A stretch of DNA of 64,000 bases from Alphaproteobacteria bacterium (GCA_016288295.1 JAEEYV010000052.1:8626-72625); one strand, 5' to 3'; numbered from the stretch's first letter, positions 18,458 through 29,119 are shown. Program-made: numbers and translations. Notes: generated by a model from the letters alone, not told the origin.

Positions 18458-18543
18458 TGGTAGGGGTAGTCAGACTCGAACTGACACGGGCTGAGCCCAC
18501 AAGATTTTGAGTCTAGCGCGTCTACCAATTCCGCCATACCCCC
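18458..18543 (-). tRNA. tRNA-Leu (anticodon CAA), canonical class II with encoded CCA
   Basis: The reverse complement is GGGGGTATGGCGGAATTGGTAGACGCGCTAGACTCAAAATCTTGTGGGCTCAGCCCGTGTCAGTTCGAGTCTGACTACCCCTACCA, which has a long variable arm. A terminator hairpin lies at 18428-18450. Confidence 0.9.
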
Positions 18544-18647
18544 ACAAAGTGAGTAGATAAATAACCGAATATTTTTTGCTCGTCAATAGTTTTTTTACCA
18601 AAAAGATGATAATCTGCTAAAAAATGGTCTGATTAAGGAGAAAAAAT

Positions 18648-20156
18648 ATGTCGCAGCCGGATGAAAAGGCTCGTAATTTATATCAGAAAAAAAAATATTC
18701 TGCCGCTTTGAAAGAATTTTTAAAACTCGATAAATCGTTTTTTAAAAAAACAGATATATTAACTATGGTCGCCAACTGTTACGATTCTGTCGGGCAGAAA
18801 AAGGATGCTGTCAAATATTATAAAAAGGCTTTTCGACGTAATCCGAAATCTGAGACCATTAATGCCAATCTGGCGATTATTTATTATGAACTGAAAAAAT
18901 TTTTGCGCGCATATTTACATGCCAAGTTTACACTTTTTCTCAATAACAAAAATCCTTCCGCGATGGTTGTGCTTGGAAATATTGCTTACCGTCATAAAAA
19001 ATACCTGAAAGCTCTTTGCTACTACAAAAAAGCACTACAAATCAAACAGGATTTTTATACTGCCAACTTTAATACCGCCGGCATATACTTTGACATGAAG
19101 AATTATCCCGCCGCTTATTTTTACGGTTTACGTACCATACAACTTTATCCCGATTCGCAAGAAGCTTTAGTGCTTTTTGCAGACATTTGTTTAGAACAGA
19201 ATAAAGTTGATGAGGCTTTTGAAATCCTGACTAAAGTTTATGAGAAGAACAAAAAAAATTATTGGGTTTGTAATTCTCTCAGTCAGGTCTATCAACGTCA
19301 GCAAAAATATGCTGAAGCTCTGGATTTAGGTTGGAAGGCTATCTCTATGTCAAAAGGAGAAAATTCTCAACACATCAATTTTGGTTATTTGCTTTATGAA
19401 ATCGCTCTTGATAACAATACAATTGACATCCAGGGATATGCAAAAAAATGGTTGGCAAAATTTCCTGATAATGCAATTGTTCGACATATGTCCAATGCTA
19501 TCATTAACAACGAAAAAGTAAGTCATGTTGATAATATATTTGTGCGTGAAATTTTTGATGCATTTGCTGATGATTTTGAAGATGTTTTACACAATCTCGA
19601 CTACAAAGTTCCAACTTTGATATCAAAAAGTTTGGATTCTCTTTTTAGCAATTTAAAACTGAAAAAAATGAAAATTTTGGATGTCGGATGTGGCACCGGA
19701 TTGTGTGGAAAATATCTTAAAAAATATTCAAAATTTCGAGGTCTTGACGGTGTCGATATTTCTCCCAAAATGCTTAAAATTGCCAAGCAAAAAAAATTAT
19801 ATACTCATCTTTATAATCGAGATTTGAGAAAATTTTTAGATTCTCATACTTCCTCATATGACTTAATTGTTGCAGCTGACGTCTTTACTTATTTTGGAGA
19901 ACTCAATCCACTTTTTATTTTGCTTTATAATTCACTTCGAAAAGGAGGCAGAATATTATTTAGTATCAGCGAAAATAACTTTAATAATAATAACTATTTT
20001 TTGCATCAATCTGGGCGCTTTTTACACAATCGAAAATACGTTGAAAATTCACTCAACAGACAAGGATTTTTTATTGAAAAACTTAATCGTGCATGTCTTC
20101 GAAATGAGGGAGATAAAAAAGTTTACGGTTGGATTGTAATGGCTCAAAAACAATAA
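18648..20156 (+). CDS. TPR-repeat protein fused to a class I SAM-dependent methyltransferase domain
   Basis: N-terminal TPR-like repeats and a C-terminal ILDVGCGTGLCGKYL motif I. Confidence 0.75.
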   Translation: MSQPDEKARNLYQKKKYSAALKEFLKLDKSFFKKTDILTMVANCYDSVGQKKDAVKYYKKAFRRNPKSETINANLAIIYYELKKFLRAYLHAKFTLFLNNKNPSAMVVLGNIAYRHKKYLKALCYYKKALQIKQDFYTANFNTAGIYFDMKNYPAAYFYGLRTIQLYPDSQEALVLFADICLEQNKVDEAFEILTKVYEKNKKNYWVCNSLSQVYQRQQKYAEALDLGWKAISMSKGENSQHINFGYLLYEIALDNNTIDIQGYAKKWLAKFPDNAIVRHMSNAIINNEKVSHVDNIFVREIFDAFADDFEDVLHNLDYKVPTLISKSLDSLFSNLKLKKMKILDVGCGTGLCGKYLKKYSKFRGLDGVDISPKMLKIAKQKKLYTHLYNRDLRKFLDSHTSSYDLIVAADVFTYFGELNPLFILLYNSLRKGGRILFSISENNFNNNNYFLHQSGRFLHNRKYVENSLNRQGFFIEKLNRACLRNEGDKKVYGWIVMAQKQ

Positions 20157-20187
20157 TTTTCCAGATTCTTTTTTTGTGTTTAGCAAT

Positions 20188-20217
20188 AAAAAATCCTCTC
20201 GCTTGAGAGGATTTTTT
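20188..20217. terminator. Bidirectional intrinsic terminator
   Basis: aaaaatcctctc-gctt-gagaggattttt. Confidence 0.8.
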
Positions 20218-20239
20218 ATTGCTATATTGCTATAAAAAA

Positions 20240-20449
20240 TTACTTCTTAGAAGTTTTTTTGGTAGCAACTTTTTTCTTAGCTACAGTCTTTGTGCTAGAC
20301 TTTTTGCAGCAAGCAGAAGAAGAGCATTTTTTGCTGAATTGCTCAACTGCCATAGACCAGAAATATTCATCTTTTCCTTGAGGACAGCCGGCATTCTGCC
20401 AATTGTAGTATGCAGCTTCTCTGATAGCGTTTTCATTAAATTTTACCAT
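20240..20449 (-). CDS. DUF2934-like small protein with a Lys-rich tail
   Basis: IREAAYYNWQNAGCPQGKDEYFW resembles the DUF2934 signature. Confidence 0.55.
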   Translation of the reverse strand: MVKFNENAIREAAYYNWQNAGCPQGKDEYFWSMAVEQFSKKCSSSACCKKSSTKTVAKKKVATKKTSKK

Positions 20450-20636
20450 AACTTACTCCAAATAAAAAATTTTCGGTTAAACAATAACTAATATACATAC
20501 ATTTTTTTATACGTCAATATTAATATTGATAATTTTTTAATAAAATTGAAATAAGCTTGCATTTATCTCAATAAAATTTTATAGATAAAGAGTGTTAATC
20601 ACCCCTAAAAATTATCAATTTCAGAGGTTATATTAT

Positions 20637-22838
20637 ATGGAAAATTTATTATCAAAAGAAGAGATGGATGCTGTAATAAACGGCAATCATGATAACGTTT
20701 TCGCCGTACTCGGCATACATCGTGATAAGGGTAGCAAAAACGTTTTTATTCGTGCTTTTCAACCCCACGCAATATCAATTGAAATTATCCGCAAAGATGA
20801 CAATTTATCACTCGGAAAAATGACCAAATTAGATGATCGTGGATTCTTTCAAATTAACCTCAATGATGTCGGAAATTTTGCATACAAATTTAAAATAGAA
20901 AATGACCTTGAAAATTTTTATGAGGCTGAAGATGTCTATCGTTTCCTTCCAACTTTGGGAGATATAGATGTTTATCTTTTGGGTGAGGGAAACCACCTTG
21001 AAATGTATAAAAAATTAGGTGCTCATGTCATTACCATGGACGGTGTAAAAGGTGTTAGTTTTGCGGTCTGGGCTCCAAATGCAAAACGTGTTTCTGTGGT
21101 TGGAAATTTTAATAATTGGGATGGTCGATGCCATGTTATGCGCAAATATCCTTCTTGCGGAGTTTGGGATATTTTTATTCCCGGTCTTGGTGAGGGCGAA
21201 ATATATAAGTATGAAATCAAAACTCAGCAGGATTATATTTTGACCAAAGCTGATCCTGTCGGATTCTTTTCTGAACAAAGACCAAAAACCGCATCGGTAG
21301 TTTATGACCTTAATCATTATAACTGGGGTGACGATGATTGGATACAAAATAATCATACTCATAATGCTATGGACAAGCCGATGTCCATTTATGAAGTTCA
21401 TGCAGGATCGTGGCGTCGTAAAGGCGAAAACGGCAGTGAATTTCTGACCTACCGTGAACTCGCTGATACACTAGTCCCATACGTCGCAAACATGGGATAT
21501 ACTCATGTTGAATTTTTGCCGCTCTCCGAACATCCGTTGGATGCTTCTTGGGGCTATCAGGTTTTGGGTATGTTTGCTCCGACCAGTCGTTTTGGTACTC
21601 CGGATGATTTACGTTATTTAATTGATAAATTTCACCAAGCAGGTATTGCTGTAATTATGGATTGGGTGCCGGCACATTTTCCACGTGACGGACACGGTCT
21701 TTGTGAGTTTGATGGAACACATCTTTATGAACATGCCGATCCCCGCAAAGGTGAACACAAGGATTGGGGTACAAAAATTTATAATTATGGTCGTACCGAG
21801 GTATTTAATTATCTCTGCGCCAATGCACTTTATTGGATAAAAGAATATCATATTGACGGTTTGCGAGTTGATGCCGTTGCCTCAATGCTTTATCTTGATT
21901 ATTCCCGCAAATCTGGAGAATGGATTCCTAATATATATGGTGGTAACGAAAATTTGGAAGCCATAGCCTTTATCCGCAGAATGAATGAACTTGTTTATGG
22001 AGCCAATCCGGATGCCTGCACCTGTGCTGAAGAGTCAACTGCATGGCCGATGGTTTCACGTCCGACTTCTATGGGTGGTCTTGGTTTTGGTTATAAATGG
22101 AACATGGGTTGGATGAATGATACACTTAAATATATAAGTAAAGATCCAATTCATAGAAAATATCATCATGGTATGCTTACCTTTGGTCTTTTGTATGCTT
22201 TTAACGAGAATTTTATTTTACCGATTTCTCACGATGAAGTTGTTCATGGCAAAGGTTCAATGCTTTCCAAAATGCCCGGTGACGAGTGGCAAAAATTTGC
22301 TAATTTACGTGCTTATTATGGCTTTATGTATACCCACCCCGGCAAAAAACTTTTATTTATGGGATGTGAATTCGGACAAGATTGGGAATGGAATAGTGCC
22401 GAAAGTTTGCGTTGGCATCTTTTGCAATATCCTATGTATAAAGGTATGCAAAATTGCTTGCGTGATCTAAACCTAATGTATAAAGGTAACCCTGCACTGT
22501 ATGAGGTCGATTTTGATTATCACGGTTTTGAGTGGATTGAACATTCCAATGCTGCCGATAGTGTTATTTCTTACATTCGTAAAGGCAAAGAACCGGGAGA
22601 CTATTTGATTATTATTTGCAACTTTACTCCAGTTGTTCGCAACAATTATCGCATTGGCGTTCCTGAAAATTGTTCTTATCAAGAAATTTTTAATAGTGAT
22701 GATGTAAATTACTGGGGAAGCGGTGTCAAAAACGATGGTCCGCATCAGGCGCAAATGCAAAATTGGAATGATCGTCCGTTCTCAATTGAAATGACATTAC
22801 CTGCACTTTCGACCATTGTTATCAAACCCGTAAGATAA
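20637..22838 (+). CDS. glgB: 1,4-alpha-glucan branching enzyme
   Basis: Start taken at ATG 20637 (MENLLSKEEM). GH13 motifs are present: DWVPAHF, GLRVDAVASM, AEESTAWP, ISHDEVVHGK. Confidence 0.95.
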   Translation: MENLLSKEEMDAVINGNHDNVFAVLGIHRDKGSKNVFIRAFQPHAISIEIIRKDDNLSLGKMTKLDDRGFFQINLNDVGNFAYKFKIENDLENFYEAEDVYRFLPTLGDIDVYLLGEGNHLEMYKKLGAHVITMDGVKGVSFAVWAPNAKRVSVVGNFNNWDGRCHVMRKYPSCGVWDIFIPGLGEGEIYKYEIKTQQDYILTKADPVGFFSEQRPKTASVVYDLNHYNWGDDDWIQNNHTHNAMDKPMSIYEVHAGSWRRKGENGSEFLTYRELADTLVPYVANMGYTHVEFLPLSEHPLDASWGYQVLGMFAPTSRFGTPDDLRYLIDKFHQAGIAVIMDWVPAHFPRDGHGLCEFDGTHLYEHADPRKGEHKDWGTKIYNYGRTEVFNYLCANALYWIKEYHIDGLRVDAVASMLYLDYSRKSGEWIPNIYGGNENLEAIAFIRRMNELVYGANPDACTCAEESTAWPMVSRPTSMGGLGFGYKWNMGWMNDTLKYISKDPIHRKYHHGMLTFGLLYAFNENFILPISHDEVVHGKGSMLSKMPGDEWQKFANLRAYYGFMYTHPGKKLLFMGCEFGQDWEWNSAESLRWHLLQYPMYKGMQNCLRDLNLMYKGNPALYEVDFDYHGFEWIEHSNAADSVISYIRKGKEPGDYLIIICNFTPVVRNNYRIGVPENCSYQEIFNSDDVNYWGSGVKNDGPHQAQMQNWNDRPFSIEMTLPALSTIVIKPVR

Positions 22839-22864
22839 TATATGAAACATCGGGAGGATAGTGT

Positions 22865-24940
22865 ATGACAGAATATAAAATACAATCGGGAAAACCTTAT
22901 CCGCTCGGTGCGACTTATGATGGAAACGGTGTGAATTTTGCCTTGTTTTCTGCTAATGCCGAAAAAGTCGAATTGTGCCTTTTTGATCAATCAGGATCAC
23001 AAGAACAAATTCGTTTTACAATCAGCGAAAACGATAACAATATTTGGCATATTTATCTCCCGGATGTAAAACCCGGACAAGTCTACGGATATCGTGTTTA
23101 CGGTCCTTATAAACCTGAAGAAGGAAAACGTTTTAATCCAAACAAATTGCTACTTGATCCCTATGCGAAAAAATTGGTCGGAAAATTGATTTGGCACAAA
23201 GCAATTTTTGGTTATGATACGGACAGTCACGCTAAGGATTTATCTTTTAGTGAACTTGATAGTGCTCCTTATGTTCCGAAGTCAGTTGTGGTTGATAATG
23301 TACCGTTTGACTGGGGTGAAAAAACTTTTTCTCCAATACCTTGGACGGATACGGTTATTTATGAAATGCATGTCCGAGGGTATACCAAATTGCATCCGCA
23401 ACTTCCGGATTATCAGCGGGGCAGTTTTTTAGGAATGGCATCTTTGCCGGTTGTAAATTATCTCAAATGGCTTGGTATAAGTTCTGTTGAATTATTGCCA
23501 ATACATTCTTTCTTAGCTGACAAACATCAACCAGCCGGCAGTCGTCAAAATTACTGGGGATATGAAACATTTAATTTTTTTGCTCCCGAACAATTATATT
23601 TGACCTGTGATGATATCGATGAATTTAAGACTATGGTCAAGGTTTATCATGATGCTGGTTTAGAGGTTATTTTAGACGTTGTTTTCAACCACACCGGAGA
23701 AGGCAACCAAATGGGACCGACCCTGTGTTACAGGGGTATTGATAATCAATCATACTATACATTGGATCAAGAAAACCCTCGTTATTATTATGATAGTACC
23801 GGTTGTGGTGCATCGTTTAATGCTGAAAACCCGTATGTTACACGTCTTATTTTAGATTCTTTGCGCTACTGGGTAACAGAGATGCATGTTGATGGTTTCC
23901 GATTTGATTTAACGCCGACACTTTGCCGTCGCAAAAATAATTTTAGTCAGAATAATGGATTTCTATGCGCCGTTCAACAAGATCCGATTCTCCAAAAAGT
24001 AAAACTAATTGCCGAACCCTGGGATATAGGTGTTGGTGGTTATCAATTGGGGGCTTTTCCGTCTGGTTGGGTAGAATGGAACGACAGATATCGTGATGTT
24101 GTTCGTCGTTTTTGGAAAGGAGACCAGTACCAAACAGCTGAAATGGCCAGTCGTATATCTGGTTCTAGCGATGTGTTTAATTATGATAATAAAGATATCT
24201 GGAGCAGTGTAAATTTTATTACCGTTCATGATGGATTTTGCCTCCATGACCTTGTCAGCTATAATGCTAAACATAATTCTGCTAATGATGAGGACAATCG
24301 TGATGGTACCAATACCAATTGGAGTTGGAATTCGGGTTATGAGGGTGAAAGCAATGACAAAATAATCAATGCTAACCGTCTAACACGTGCACGTGCAATG
24401 TTAGCAACTTTGATGCTTTCTTTTGGTACCCCGATGTTATCTGCTGGTGATGAATTTTGGCATACAAAAATGGGTAACAACAACCCTTATTGCCAAGACA
24501 ACGTTCTTAATTGGTTGGCATGGTCAGCTATTGATAAAAGAGATACCGTCTTGGTTCGTTATGTAAAAAAACTTATTTCCCTGCGACATAAACTCAAAAT
24601 ATTTAATCAGAAAAAATTTTTTACCGGTAAATCCAATTATAATGGTATAAAAGATTTAAATTGGTATACCGAAAAAGGCAAAGAATTTGCAGATGCCGAT
24701 TGGTATGATGGCAACCGCAAAACCTTGTCATATTGTGTTTATCGCCCCAACCGCTTTATATTTTGCATACTCAACGGTGATAGTAGCAATATGGAATGGA
24801 AACTTCCATCACTTCCATATGAAAATTGGAATTTATTACTTGATAGTTCAGAGAATTTCGATTCATCTCAAAAACTCAAATCTGGTGGAGAAATAACAAT
24901 TCCGGCATGGAGTGTTTTGTTATTTGAAGTCAAAAAATAA
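22865..24940 (+). CDS. glgX: glycogen debranching enzyme
   Basis: 691 aa with DVVFNHT, GFRFDL, EPWD and FITVHDGF motifs. Confidence 0.9.
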   Translation: MTEYKIQSGKPYPLGATYDGNGVNFALFSANAEKVELCLFDQSGSQEQIRFTISENDNNIWHIYLPDVKPGQVYGYRVYGPYKPEEGKRFNPNKLLLDPYAKKLVGKLIWHKAIFGYDTDSHAKDLSFSELDSAPYVPKSVVVDNVPFDWGEKTFSPIPWTDTVIYEMHVRGYTKLHPQLPDYQRGSFLGMASLPVVNYLKWLGISSVELLPIHSFLADKHQPAGSRQNYWGYETFNFFAPEQLYLTCDDIDEFKTMVKVYHDAGLEVILDVVFNHTGEGNQMGPTLCYRGIDNQSYYTLDQENPRYYYDSTGCGASFNAENPYVTRLILDSLRYWVTEMHVDGFRFDLTPTLCRRKNNFSQNNGFLCAVQQDPILQKVKLIAEPWDIGVGGYQLGAFPSGWVEWNDRYRDVVRRFWKGDQYQTAEMASRISGSSDVFNYDNKDIWSSVNFITVHDGFCLHDLVSYNAKHNSANDEDNRDGTNTNWSWNSGYEGESNDKIINANRLTRARAMLATLMLSFGTPMLSAGDEFWHTKMGNNNPYCQDNVLNWLAWSAIDKRDTVLVRYVKKLISLRHKLKIFNQKKFFTGKSNYNGIKDLNWYTEKGKEFADADWYDGNRKTLSYCVYRPNRFIFCILNGDSSNMEWKLPSLPYENWNLLLDSSENFDSSQKLKSGGEITIPAWSVLLFEVKK

Positions 24941-24951
24941 GGGCTGTAACT

Positions 24952-27087
24952 ATGAACGACAAATTACATGAATTAGCTTATAAAATAGGTGTTGCTGCAG
25001 AATATAAAGATGCAGGATTGTATTCTGACAATCACCGTGTAAGTGATGACACATTAAAGTTTTTTTCTAATATTTTGGGTTTTAAGGTCGATACGGCAGC
25101 TGATGTGGAACAGTCCTTAAAAAGGTTTGAAAACAAACGGTGGCAACGCACGCTTGAAAGCATCTATGTCTGTCATCACAGCCACTTATGTTTTGATGCA
25201 ATAATTGATAGTTCAAAAGTCGAGAGTGATTTTTCGCTTTACCTGTTCAACCAACAAACTCGTAAAAATGAAGAAGTATCTTTCATCGTTAATGTTACGG
25301 ATGAAGTTCGAGGCAAATATTTAAAGTTAATAATTGAAATTACCTCACAACTTGATATTGGATATTACGATATCAAGTTTTGTGTCGGTAAAGAAGTCTA
25401 TAAATCCGTTTTGGCAGTAGCCCCCGATCAGTGTTATCAACCTGAAATTTTTGAGCATCAAAAATTATGGGGTTATGCATTACAACTCTATTCTTTGCGT
25501 AGCAAACGCAATTGGGGTATAGGAGATTTTACAGATTTACGTAATTTTGTAAAACTCTGTGGAAAATCCGGTGCGGATATCATCGGGCTGAATCCGATTA
25601 ATGTTCCCAATCATTGTTTTCCCGAAGAGGCAAGTCCATACCTTTCAATAAGCCGCCTGTTTTTAAATCCTATTTATATTGATGTTGAAAAAGTTCCGGA
25701 ATTTAAGTCTGCGGATATATCAGAATTTAAAGATGAAATTACCCGCCTTAATCAATCTGATACCATATGTTATAGTGATGTTTACAACCTCAAGATGAAA
25801 GTTTTGGAACAATTATATCCTCGTATGCTTAAGGACGAAAAAAGATTTTCTGCATACCAAAAATTCTGTGATGATAAAGGTGACGAACTTGATAACTTAG
25901 CCACATTTGAATGTTTATATGAACAAAAATGGCAAGACCATTGGGGGGGCTGGCGTGCTTGGGAAAAAGAATATCAAAACCCTCATACAGCCGCCATGCA
26001 AAAATATAAAAAAACGAATGCCAAACGTATAGGATTTTTCAAGTTTTTACAGTTTGAAGCCTGGCGTCAATTTAATCTGGTATCTTCAGAAGTTTCAAAA
26101 CAGGGCTTAAAAATCGGAATTTATCGTGATTTAGCTGTCGGTGTAGGACAAGACAGTGCTGAATTATGGGGCGATGATGGTGCCTATCTAAAATCTTGCG
26201 GTGCCGGGGCTCCGCCTGATGCCTTCTTTCCCGCCGGACAAAGGTGGAATTTGGGAGCTTTCCACCCGGTTGAACTCAAAGAGCGTGCCTATGTTCCTTT
26301 TATTAAAATTTTACGTGCTGCCGCTGAAGGGGCAGGAGCGTTGCGCATTGATCACGTTATGTGCTTGATGAGATTGTTTGTTCTTCCCGAAACGAACGGC
26401 AAAGAAGGTACTTATATTTATTATAATTTTGAAGATATGCTGAATATTGTGGCTATTGAGAGCCACCTTAACAAATGCGTTATTGTCGGTGAGAGCATTG
26501 GTAATGTGCCGGAAGGATTTTTGGATAAAATTGCCGCCAAAAACATTTATTCAATGTCAGTTTTGTGGGCAGAACGCTGGGATTCCGGTTGGGGTGATTT
26601 TAAGCAGCCGTATCAATATCCCGAAAACGTCTTTAGTTCTATTGGCACTCATGACATGGCCCCACTCAAAATGTGGTGGTTTGGTTATGATATTTCTTTG
26701 TCACGCAAACTCGGTATTATGAAAAATGACGAAGAAATGAACAATGCTTATCACAAACGCGAAACCGACCGTTGGAAACTGCTCAAGGCTCTTGATGAAG
26801 CAGGAGTATGGCCTGAGGACAATCCTCGCCATGGCGATTATATATATGGCGAAAATTACCCTGAAGGCATAGAAGAAGCGACTCATCGTTATATGGCAAA
26901 GAACAATTCTAAAGTTTTTTTAGTTCAGCCGGAAGACATCTTTCAGGTCGAACAATTACAAAATTTGCCTGGTACGGACAGAGATAAACATCCTAACTGG
27001 CGACGAAAGTTACCAATAGACATTGAGGATATGGAGTACGAAATAGCATATGTTCGTAATATTGCAGCAATAAAAAAAGAAAGATAA
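24952..27087 (+). CDS. malQ: 4-alpha-glucanotransferase (amylomaltase, GH77)
   Basis: 711 aa with LRIDHVMCLMRLF, GTHDMAP and KHPNWRRKL motifs. Confidence 0.9.
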   Translation: MNDKLHELAYKIGVAAEYKDAGLYSDNHRVSDDTLKFFSNILGFKVDTAADVEQSLKRFENKRWQRTLESIYVCHHSHLCFDAIIDSSKVESDFSLYLFNQQTRKNEEVSFIVNVTDEVRGKYLKLIIEITSQLDIGYYDIKFCVGKEVYKSVLAVAPDQCYQPEIFEHQKLWGYALQLYSLRSKRNWGIGDFTDLRNFVKLCGKSGADIIGLNPINVPNHCFPEEASPYLSISRLFLNPIYIDVEKVPEFKSADISEFKDEITRLNQSDTICYSDVYNLKMKVLEQLYPRMLKDEKRFSAYQKFCDDKGDELDNLATFECLYEQKWQDHWGGWRAWEKEYQNPHTAAMQKYKKTNAKRIGFFKFLQFEAWRQFNLVSSEVSKQGLKIGIYRDLAVGVGQDSAELWGDDGAYLKSCGAGAPPDAFFPAGQRWNLGAFHPVELKERAYVPFIKILRAAAEGAGALRIDHVMCLMRLFVLPETNGKEGTYIYYNFEDMLNIVAIESHLNKCVIVGESIGNVPEGFLDKIAAKNIYSMSVLWAERWDSGWGDFKQPYQYPENVFSSIGTHDMAPLKMWWFGYDISLSRKLGIMKNDEEMNNAYHKRETDRWKLLKALDEAGVWPEDNPRHGDYIYGENYPEGIEEATHRYMAKNNSKVFLVQPEDIFQVEQLQNLPGTDRDKHPNWRRKLPIDIEDMEYEIAYVRNIAAIKKER

Positions 27088-27094
27088 ATCCTGT

Positions 27095-27277
27095 CTAGCA
27101 GCTTTTTTCAATTTCTTTGAGCTGCTGTTTTGAAATTTTGTCGTGCAAAGTATCGGCTATATTTTCGATAGCAACAATCACTTTTTTATCGCCGATTTCT
27201 TGTAATTCGTCTTTATGCGTGGCTATAAAATTTCTTAAGCACTCACACTCGGAAGATTTTTTATCGTCCATATTCAC
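27095..27277 (-). CDS. hypothetical small protein (60 aa)
   Basis: ORF only; this is a weak call. Confidence 0.3.
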   Translation of the reverse strand: MNMDDKKSSECECLRNFIATHKDELQEIGDKKVIVAIENIADTLHDKISKQQLKEIEKSC

Positions 27278-27375
27278 CTCGTAACTTAATTGGCATAATC
27301 AACTATTATTATATATAAAAAAATAAATAAATCAATAGTTGTGTAAATAAAAATAAAAAAATAATAAAAAATTTC

Positions 27376-27404
27376 TTGACCAAATGTTTTTTTATCTGTA
27401 TATA
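27376..27404 (+). promoter_or_regulatory. Promoter of tRNA-Glu
   Basis: TTGACC-17 nt-TATATA, preceded by TTTC as at the other two stable-RNA promoters. Confidence 0.5.
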
Positions 27405-27422
27405 GTGTGCTAGTCATTTGAC

Positions 27423-27497
27423 GGTCCCATCGTCTAATGGTTAGGACATCACCCTTTCACGGTGGTAATATGGGTTCGAATCCCGTTGGGATCACCA
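27423..27497 (+). tRNA. tRNA-Glu (anticodon TTC), CCA encoded
   Basis: GGTCCCA/TGGGATC acceptor, CACC-CTTTCAC-GGTG anticodon arm, ATGGG-TTCGAAT-CCCGT T arm. Confidence 0.95.
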
Positions 27498-27538
27498 ATA
27501 CAAACAACCTCTCCTTGCGAGAGGTTTTTTGTATTGGT
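27495..27538 (+). terminator. tRNA-Glu terminator (long inverted repeat)
   Basis: accaatacaaacaacctctc-cttgc-gagaggttttttgtattggt. Confidence 0.75.
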
Positions 27539-27669
27539 AATGATAACAACAGAGATTTGAACCCATAGAAATGGGTTTGACTACCAGCGAAAGGCGGGCG
27601 GAAGAACGCCGGTCAGCGTTAGCTGATGAGCGCAGTGGAATAAGCATTGCTTTAAGCAATGTCGCAGAC

Positions 27670-27690
27670 AATCCCGTTGGGATCACCAAT
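27670..27690 (+). repeat. 21-nt perfect direct repeat of the tRNA-Glu 3' end (att-like)
   Basis: aatcccgttgggatcaccaat is identical to 27479-27499. It is followed by its own terminator hairpin at 27697-27726. Confidence 0.85.
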
Positions 27691-27747
27691 GCTAACAGCA
27701 GGCAGTAAAATGTCTGCTTTTTCTTTTAGTTGCAAGGCTTTCAGCGA

Positions 27748-27797
27748 GTTCGAATGTTTGTTTTTTAAGAAAGGATGTTTGGAGAAATTTTACGAAC
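27748..27797 (+). promoter_or_regulatory. Conserved cassette upstream module, copy A
   Basis: GTTCGAA...TTTGGAGAAATTTTACGAAC aligns with copies at 28920 and 31672. Confidence 0.45.
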
Positions 27798-27921
27798 CGG
27801 TTGTAGAAATAATGCAATACAATCAATGAGTTATTCAAATAAAGATTAACATATTGAAAATTATCTTTTTTAATGATAAAATAAATGCCATAGAGTGCAC
27901 TATATTAATATGAGGCCTTAG

Positions 27922-28827
27922 ATGTATAATGACGCTAGAAGAAAGATTCAAGATGTACGAAATAATGTGAATGAGCAACAAGAAAACATCAGAAAGGAGA
28001 AAGGTTACGTTTCTCCTCAGTTTGTTGTGCATGCAACTCATGTTTCTCAAGAAGAATATAGAAAATCTGCTCCGAACATTTTTGAAGGAACTTCTTCAGA
28101 AACAGAAATTGTGCCTGCGTTTTCTAAAGATACTCAAAATGAGTTAAATGCTTTTAAGATATTATTTTCAACATTGACTTTAGAAGAATTGAAAGCCTTA
28201 AAATCAAATACACCCGAAGCTCCTAAACGTGTTTTTGCAATGTCATCAAAACAAGATGATAAAGGAAATACTGTTTTTGATGAAAAAGGTATTCCTGTTC
28301 CTTATGATGGAAGTTATGCTTTTGCTTTTAAGCCGTGTAGTAAATGTATTTGTTTTCTTGACGATAGTAATACTCCTTTATTGATAGGTTTAAGAGATGC
28401 CTACGATGGTTTTGAAAAAGGAAAACAAAGCGGACATTTGTATATAGGTCGAGGAGATACTTTTAAACCGGAATATGATAGTCAAGGTAACATCACGGAG
28501 TGGACTTCATCAGAGAATATGGAAGTCGTATACCATATAAAAACAACTCCACAAGAAGCTATGCAACATAATGTGCAGTTTGTTGTGTTTAATAATGCAG
28601 AAGATTACGATAAATGGTCTAAAAAAGTACATGAAAAGGAAAAAGATTTTAATAGGTTTATTTCTTCTGATAATTATAGGGTCACTTCTTTACATGAGGA
28701 GATTTTGAACGGACGGGCAACGTATATAAATGCGACGTCTAAAGGTAGCAATCCTAAAATTTCTGGTCTTACAAAAGCAACAGCTGAATATTGTAAGCTT
28801 ATAAATTCAAATCGTATCAGAGTGTGA
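27922..28827 (+). CDS. hypothetical protein (301 aa), cassette 1
   Basis: ORF with no recognised family. Confidence 0.6.
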   Translation: MYNDARRKIQDVRNNVNEQQENIRKEKGYVSPQFVVHATHVSQEEYRKSAPNIFEGTSSETEIVPAFSKDTQNELNAFKILFSTLTLEELKALKSNTPEAPKRVFAMSSKQDDKGNTVFDEKGIPVPYDGSYAFAFKPCSKCICFLDDSNTPLLIGLRDAYDGFEKGKQSGHLYIGRGDTFKPEYDSQGNITEWTSSENMEVVYHIKTTPQEAMQHNVQFVVFNNAEDYDKWSKKVHEKEKDFNRFISSDNYRVTSLHEEILNGRATYINATSKGSNPKISGLTKATAEYCKLINSNRIRV

Positions 28828-28854
28828 ATTTAGCTTGTAACTTGCTTACTCAGC

Positions 28855-28872
28855 ATCACCAATACAAACAAC
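28855..28872 (+). repeat. 18-nt repeat of the tRNA-Glu 3' end and flank
   Basis: atcaccaatacaaacaac is identical to 27491-27508. It runs into a terminator hairpin aaacaaca...tgttgttt plus T-run (to about 28900). Confidence 0.8.
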
Positions 28873-28919
28873 AATCTGCAAAATGGCTGTTGTTTCTTTT
28901 TAAATCAAGCACTTAACCG

Positions 28920-28971
28920 AGTTCGTAAGTTTGTTTTCTGAAATTGGCAGTTTTGGGAAATTTTACGAACT
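28920..28971 (+). promoter_or_regulatory. Conserved cassette upstream module, copy B (perfect 9-bp inverted repeat)
   Basis: AGTTCGTAA-34 nt-TTACGAACT. Confidence 0.5.
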
Positions 28972-29119
28972 ATGTATGGCAACAATATAGCAATATCAAG
29001 TAATTCTGGAAATTTTCTATTTTTGCGGGAAATACTTGACAAAATATCGAAGAGAGGGATAAAATGAAAGCATAAGAAGCGATTCTTTATAATAAGAAGT
29101 TTTACCAAGGATAAAGGCG

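Noticed and set aside
27492-27689. 65-aa minus-strand ORF overlapping the tRNA-Glu 3' end and the remnant.
   Set aside because: It overlaps a tRNA gene and its terminator, and the composition looks like translated structured or non-coding DNA.
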